From the human T2T-CHM13v2.0 reference genome, Homo sapiens: a stretch of DNA of 64,000 bases. The stretch's first letter is position 1. The number at the start of each line of letters is the position of its first letter. The stretch lies in NCBI RefSeq assembly GCF_009914755.1, contig NC_060925.1; one strand, given 5' to 3'. A program made the translations under genes and the position numbers. Below the pieces are notes generated by a model. It was not told the DNA's origin and did not search any database. It saw nothing but the letters and a program-made list of their open reading frames with translations. Below, piece after piece: positions 58,260 through 64,000 of this stretch.

Positions 58260-60680
58260 AATTAATAAAAAGTTTTATTATGTTTCAGGTATAGAGAATA
58301 ATATAATGAAATGAACCTGATGAACCCACCATTTTCCTTCAGGCATCGTCAACATTTTACCAATCTTGTTTCATCTATCTCCTCAAATGCATTGTTTGTT
58401 TTGTTTTTCCCAGAATATTTTAAAGCAAAACCAAGACATTATGCCATTCTTCCCCCAAATTTTCTTGTAGTATTCTCTAATTGATAATTACATTACCAAT
58501 ACTTTATTTATCTATGCATATATAACCCCTACACCATTATTAAACCTAACAAAAATTAACAGGTGTTTATTAATACCCCAAATAATAAAAACATATTCAA
58601 ATTTCCTTGATTGTCTCAAACATGTCAGTTTACAATTGGTTGTTCTATTCAGGATCTAAGTAAGATTTACACATTGCATTCATTGCATTTGGTTGCTGGG
58701 TTTTATAACACTTCTCCCTTCCTTTCCCCACTTCTACCTTATCTCTCAGGCCAGTTAGTAAAAGTGGGTCATTTGTTCTCTCAAATATTCTATATTCTGA
58801 ATTTGGCTGATTTTTCCCTTATAGTGGTATTTAATGGGTTCTTCCATCCTCCACATTTCTTTTAAACTGAAAGTTAATGCTGGTGGAATCTGGATTTGAC
58901 TTGTAACTTGCTTTAAACAATACAACGCATCAGAAATTATGTTCTAGAACTTATGAGTTCACATCTTAAGAGGAGTTGCAGCTTCCATTTCTTCCCTCTT
59001 GGAAGCTAGGCAACATATATCAAAAACCAAACTATCCTAAGACTATCATTTTCTGAGAAGAGTAAAGTTAGAAACTGGAAAGTCCCCACAGAATGAATGA
59101 AAAGTGATTGGTCAGCCCCCAACTCTTCTGGCAAACTGAACTAATGAAAGCACTACAATTTTGAGCACCAAAAAAATGAGTAAAGAAGGCATCTTGGCTA
59201 TTTGAGACCCAGCATACAGCACATGGAGCAGAACTGTCCACCTGAACCCAGCTCAGATAGCAGAATAATAAGAAAAAAATTGAATTTTTTTTCTTTAAAA
59301 TCCCTCTTTGTGGCATCTCATTATGCAGCAATGGGTAAATGAAACACTGGTTGAAGGAACTCTTCATTTCTCTTATTTCTTTTTTATTTCTATCATGCTC
59401 ACTTGGTTCTTTTTTATAGATTCCATTTCTCCTTGACATTCTCCATGTATTCATGAATTTTGTTTATCTTTTGTACTATATCCTTTAAAATATTTATCAT
59501 AGTCATTTTAAATTTTTTTGGCAGATAATTTAAACATTTTGGCCATCTGAGGGCCCATTTCTATAAACTCTTTTATTCTTGATTGCATGTCACATGTTCT
59601 TGCTTCTTTACATATAATTGTTTACTATGCCAGACACTGTGTGTGAAAAAGAGGGGGATATTTAAAAGTAAATACTTCCCAAATATCATGCATATTTTCC
59701 CCGTCAAGCCACTAAGGGGCTGTTTCCATCTAATCTATATTGAGGTGGGTATTGTTGCAGCTTTAACTAGATTTAGATTACTATTGGACTTAGATATTTT
59801 GCAGACAGAATTAGAGCTATTTCTTTAAAATAACTTGGGGTCTGAGCACCAGGGAGACTCGGGATCTTTTTGTGCTTTGCATCACTGTCACCAACGTCCT
59901 GAACCATAAGAGAGCTCTTCTCTACAGCCTGACCACCAGATTTCAGATCATGGAGGAGTTATCTTTTCTCTCTAACCCCACTTGTAATTTTCTGTACCTC
60001 AAGAGATTTCTCTTCACCCTGCCATCCTGTCTCCAGTTTTTAAAAAGATGCAGCAATGGATTCAGTAAAGACCTAATGTGCCTAGGAGGGATTTTGCTTT
60101 ACCTTTACTGCTCTTCCTCCAGCCTTCAGAGAGCATCATCAGTGCATTTGGAGAAGAACCAGTGTGCGTTAGAGAGATTTCTATAAATTCTTCTGTCCTG
60201 ATGCTAGCCTTCAATGAAATATTGCCTTATACCCAGGGAAGGTACTATGCATCTAGTTGGGGCATTTGTTCAGCTCACCTGCTCTCTCCCAGCCTTTATT
60301 AGGCCACTATATTGCACTTGAAGAAGGTTCCTGCTTTTCATTTAGGGAAAACCATATGCTTCTTGGGGTAATTTCTCCCCACTTTCTTGCTCTGTCCTCA
60401 CCTTTGACATCCTCTCCCTGTGTATGTAGTAAAAACCCAAGATGGAATCCACAGGTGATACTGATATGTTCTGTAACTAAGGATACCATCACACAAGCCC
60501 CATGTGATGATTAAAATTCATGGAAAGTTAGCTCAGTTTCCCATTATTCCTGTTTACAATAAATTCCTCCCTTTCCCACCATTGTTCCAGTGATAAACAC
60601 AGCCAAATCCTTCTTTTTTTAAATATAGCTCACTTAGGTTTCTTTGCATCTCCAGCTCTCTGATGGGTTTTTTTAATTAT
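58260..60680 (-). mobile_element. old L1M fragments (3' end ~58260-58870; 5'/ORF1 region ~59350-60680)
   Basis: T-rich antisense L1: gagaataatataatgaa...catattcaaatttcc...acacattgcatt; tttatcatagtcattttaaatttt. Confidence 0.6.
58880..59346 (+). mobile_element. MLT1F/G-like MaLR LTR
   Basis: ttgtaacttgcttt...cttaagaggagttgcagcttcc...catggagcagaactgtcca...ttatgcagcaatgggtaaatgaaaca. Confidence 0.7.
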
Positions 60681-60682
60681 GA

Positions 60683-60981
60683 TTTTTTTTTTTTTTTTCT
60701 GAGAGGGAGTCTCGCACTGTCGGCCAGGCTGGAGTGCAGTGGCATGATCTCGGCTCACTGCAAGCTCTGCCTCCCAGGTTCATGCCATTCTTCTGCCTCA
60801 GCCTCCTGAGTAGCTGGGACTACAGGCACCCGCCACCACGCCCGGCTAATTTTTTATATTTTTAGTAGAGATGGGGTTTCACCGTGTTAGCCAGGATGAT
60901 CTCGATCTCCTGACCTCATGATCCGCCCACCTTGGCCTCCCAAAGTGCTGGGATTACAGGCATGAGCCATCGCACCCAGCC
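60683..60981 (-). mobile_element. AluY
   Basis: Full dimer, caagctctgcc, ttcatgccattc, caccgtgttagccaggatg; TSD TAATTATGATTTTTT / TAATTATTATTTTTT. Confidence 0.93.
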
Positions 60982-61469
60982 TAATTATTATTTTTTTTTA
61001 CATCTTGCCCATTTTGTTCTTGTTGCTAAGGTAGTAATTAAAAAAGGAAACTGCATCAGGAAGTGATATTTTCAGTTTGCTATTGACTTAGTGAGTTTTT
61101 CCTCTATGAACCTCAGTTTCTCCATTTGTAAAACAGCTGCCACATACCACTCAGAAGAGTGTAAAGATTAAATAGTACACAGTAGTAAAAGACTTCAAGA
61201 GGAGGAAGAAGTTCAAATGCCTGTTTTAATCTGGACACAACCCACCTGTCTGCTTTATCTCCCTCATTCTCTCTACTCTCTGGCTCCAATTTTCATTTGG
61301 TCAGTTCCTCAAGGGTGTCATGTTCTCTAGTCTTTGAACATGCTGCTCCCTTTACCAGGAACACCTACTTCTTTTTCCTTCTCTTTGCCTTGCAAATTCC
61401 TATATAATATTTCTTCCAGGAAACCTTTCCTGACCTCCACGCCTCTAGTTAAGTGCTTCCCCATCATAG

Positions 61470-62025
61470 TGTCAGAAGCAGTTGAACCAAAGTAACTCCA
61501 TTTTTGAGTGGGGGCTGAGAAAATGAGGCTGAGACTTGCTGGGCTGCATTTGCAGAAGCATAGGCATTCCTAGCTTCTAGATGTTTACAGTTAGGGGAAC
61601 AAATTAATAATGTTTACTAAACACACCCAGACTTGTGAGTGTCCAGATATCCCAATACCTGGAGAACAGAGGCATTCCTAATTTTGCTTTAAAGATAATA
61701 ATATCGATTCTTGCAAAATATAGTAATTAAGAAAATTAATCCTTTATCACAAACCCTTATAGCAGAGCACAACTCCCCATATATACAAGCATTGTACCTA
61801 GGGTGGATGTGTTCCTCCTCTTACTTTCGGAACGTCCTACTCTGTGGAGTAGCTGTTCTTTCACCACTTTACTTTCTTAATAAACTTACTTTTACTTTGC
61901 ATGGCAGACCTGCCCTGAATTCTTTCTTGCATGAGATCCAAGAACCCTCTCTTGGGGTCTGGATTGGGACCCCTTTCCTGTAACATATTTCTGGCAAGTA
62001 CTAAGGGTCTATAGCACAGAAACCC
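61470..62025 (+). mobile_element. MER41-family (ERV1) LTR 61470-61985 plus ~40 nt of putative internal sequence
   Basis: tgtcagaagcagttgaacca...aataaa...gagatccaagaaccctctcttggggtctggattgggacccctttcctgtaaca, followed by tatttctggc...aagggtctatagcacagaaaccc; inserted in an L2. Confidence 0.85.
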
Positions 62026-62164
62026 ACTGGACTATAAATTCTCTGAAAGCAGGAACTATTCATGTCTTTTGAGATGCTGCATCACAGCATATAACAGAAT
62101 CTATAGAGAGGTGACATAAGAATTTTTTCATAAATACATGACTACATGAGTGAATTACTCTAAA

Positions 62165-62760
62165 TTCTTCATTATTTCTTCATTTAGAAAATATTATCAT
62201 ACATCTGTTAGGTATATAGCATGATACTAGGTGCTCTTGAAACAACAATGCGTATCTATTATATACAGCTCCCATCCTCAAGGAACTAAAGTCTAGCTGG
62301 AAAGAAGAGAGAAACATGTAAGAAAAGCTAAATAGCACTGCAAACATTCAATAAAAATAAGATGGCCATAAAAAAGAGAAAATAATTTCAATCAAGAAAG
62401 ATAGCATCGGCTATTTTAACAGTACTAATGTTACTGATAGGATAAAGGACATAAAATGTGAGAATAAGTCTTTCTGTCTGGCAATTAACAGTGAACTCTG
62501 AGAGAGAAACTTTAGAATTTGGTGACAACAGAAGCCAGATTGCAGGGTATTCGAAGTGAAATAGTAGTGAGGAAGCCCAGGATATGGAGTCCGTGGGTGG
62601 AGTCCACATATTCAAGAAGTTTGGCAAGGAGAAAACAGAGGGCCATTCTTTTGGAGACAATAGATCAAGCTGATTTAAAAGCAGATGGGAAGAATCCCAC
62701 AGAGAGGGAGAGAGATTCAAAATGGCCAGAAAAAGCAGAACATCTTTCATTATCTTGAAA
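62165..62760 (-). mobile_element. L2 fragment
   Basis: ttcatttagaaaatatt...ctcaaggaactaaagtctagctgg...agaagccagattgcaggg...attcaagaagtttggc. Confidence 0.6.
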
Positions 62761-64000
62761 GAGGAGACAGGAACCAACTCTAACTATTGGGTCCAGGAGT
62801 AAGTTTCAGGAAGGATAACTACTCTAAGATAGAGAAGAATGAAGGCAGAAACTTTGAAGGAGCAGACAGTGAACCAAAAACTTCCAGGTGACTTCCACAG
62901 GCTCAGAAAAGCACAAAGCAAGACCATTTGCTGAGAGGTCAAGAGGACTGCTAAGGTAAAAACAACAACAACAACAACAAAAACTGAAGGAGAGTGGAGA
63001 AGCTTTAGAGGAAGTGTCCTTGCTTGGAACATGGTCTATGTCAGATGACTTTGTGTTCTGAGTAGATATATGAGGGGCACCTGATATAAAATCTTCCACT
63101 GTGATGCAGCTGGTTTCTCCCAGGCAGGCTGATGAAGAACACTTACAGTGAAGGCACAGGCATGTTCAAGTGCATCTGAGGATAGCATAGTGGGAGAAAG
63201 AAGGAAAAATGAAACCCAGGGGAGTGTTGAGTCAGATTTTGGGGGACATGAGAGAAATGCTGAGCACTCAATCAAAAAGGCAGAGACCAGGATGAGCAGT
63301 GAAGCCTGGAACAGAAGCTAAGGAGCAAACACAAAATGGAGACAGGTATCAGTGGTCTAACTCAGTGCAGTTCACTGGGCACTGCACATCATCCAACCCT
63401 GTTTCGTTATATTCTTACTGAGCTGTTCACAATTGCAGCCAGTTTTTTCCCACAGCATTTTAAGATATGGCTGGCTTTTGGCATCAATAGACAAGTAGGT
63501 GTCATCTTAGAATTGTGTAACAGCCAGCGGAGCTCAAAGTCAATGTGAGGACTCTAACACAAGACAGGTTTCCAGTCCTGAAGAGGTGTTACCAAACCAG
63601 GACTGGTACAGCGGGAACAAGTCAAAATCTTACACCAGAGCTGAGGTTCAGCCTAAAGAGTAGTTCTTGAGGAAAAAATAGAGTAGGCCATTTATTAGGA
63701 CAGACAGGTATCTGGGACTTAAGAATATGACAAATCTTGAGCCTCTGTTCTAGTTAGTCACAGAGGTCAGATTACATTAACTGCTTCTACCACATCAGCA
63801 TGAGCTCTGGAAATTCCAAAAGGACTGAACCAGCAACAACAACATCCAGGCTCAAGGCAAGATCCAGATAGATTTGGATGAGGAATCCCAGGGCAGTTGG
63901 TTGGCCAGAGTGAAGCCACATAAGACTCCTGAACCGGGCCTAGAATCAAATCCAGGAGGAGTGAAGCTAATCAAAACAGCAAATAGAAGTGAAGACTGCT

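Noticed and set aside
61470-61985. Interferon-inducible (STAT1/GAS) MER41 enhancer
   Set aside because: I found no TTCNNNGAA in this LTR; that activity is associated with MER41B-type copies
63572-63606. 9-bp inverted repeat CCAGTCCTG / CAGGACTGG
   Set aside because: Too short for a pre-miRNA stem and within chance expectation

Overview
Primate, most likely human, non-coding genomic DNA (an AluYa5 with all five diagnostic changes is present), AT-rich and dominated by interspersed repeats. I recognise no host protein-coding gene, RNA gene or CRISPR array and cannot name the locus. The only real ORFs belong to a full-length L1PA2-type LINE-1 (40.66-46.73 kb, 17-bp TSD). Its ORF1 is open. Its ORF2 keeps every endonuclease catalytic residue but has a D702Y change in the RT active site and a C-terminal frameshift. 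Its antisense ORF0 is extended to 102 aa with both splice donors intact. The rest consists of seven Alus plus an Alu monomer, stacked ancient L1M/L1PA fragments (10.5-17.6, 19.1-22.5, 30.4-37.2, 58.3-60.7 kb), L2/MIR/L3 relics, LTRs (THE1, MLT2, MLT1, MER41, ERVL-like) and DNA-transposon fossils. I see no demonstrably new biological system. The best leads are the EN+/RT- L1 with short non-L1 tags at both ends, and a speculative minus-strand spliced transcript that could join ORF0 in frame to two candidate exons at 3.1-3.2 and 1.4-1.5 kb. Several unusual retrotransposition structures are also noted. Subfamily names come from remembered consensus sequences, not from a database search, and boundaries of old repeats are approximate.
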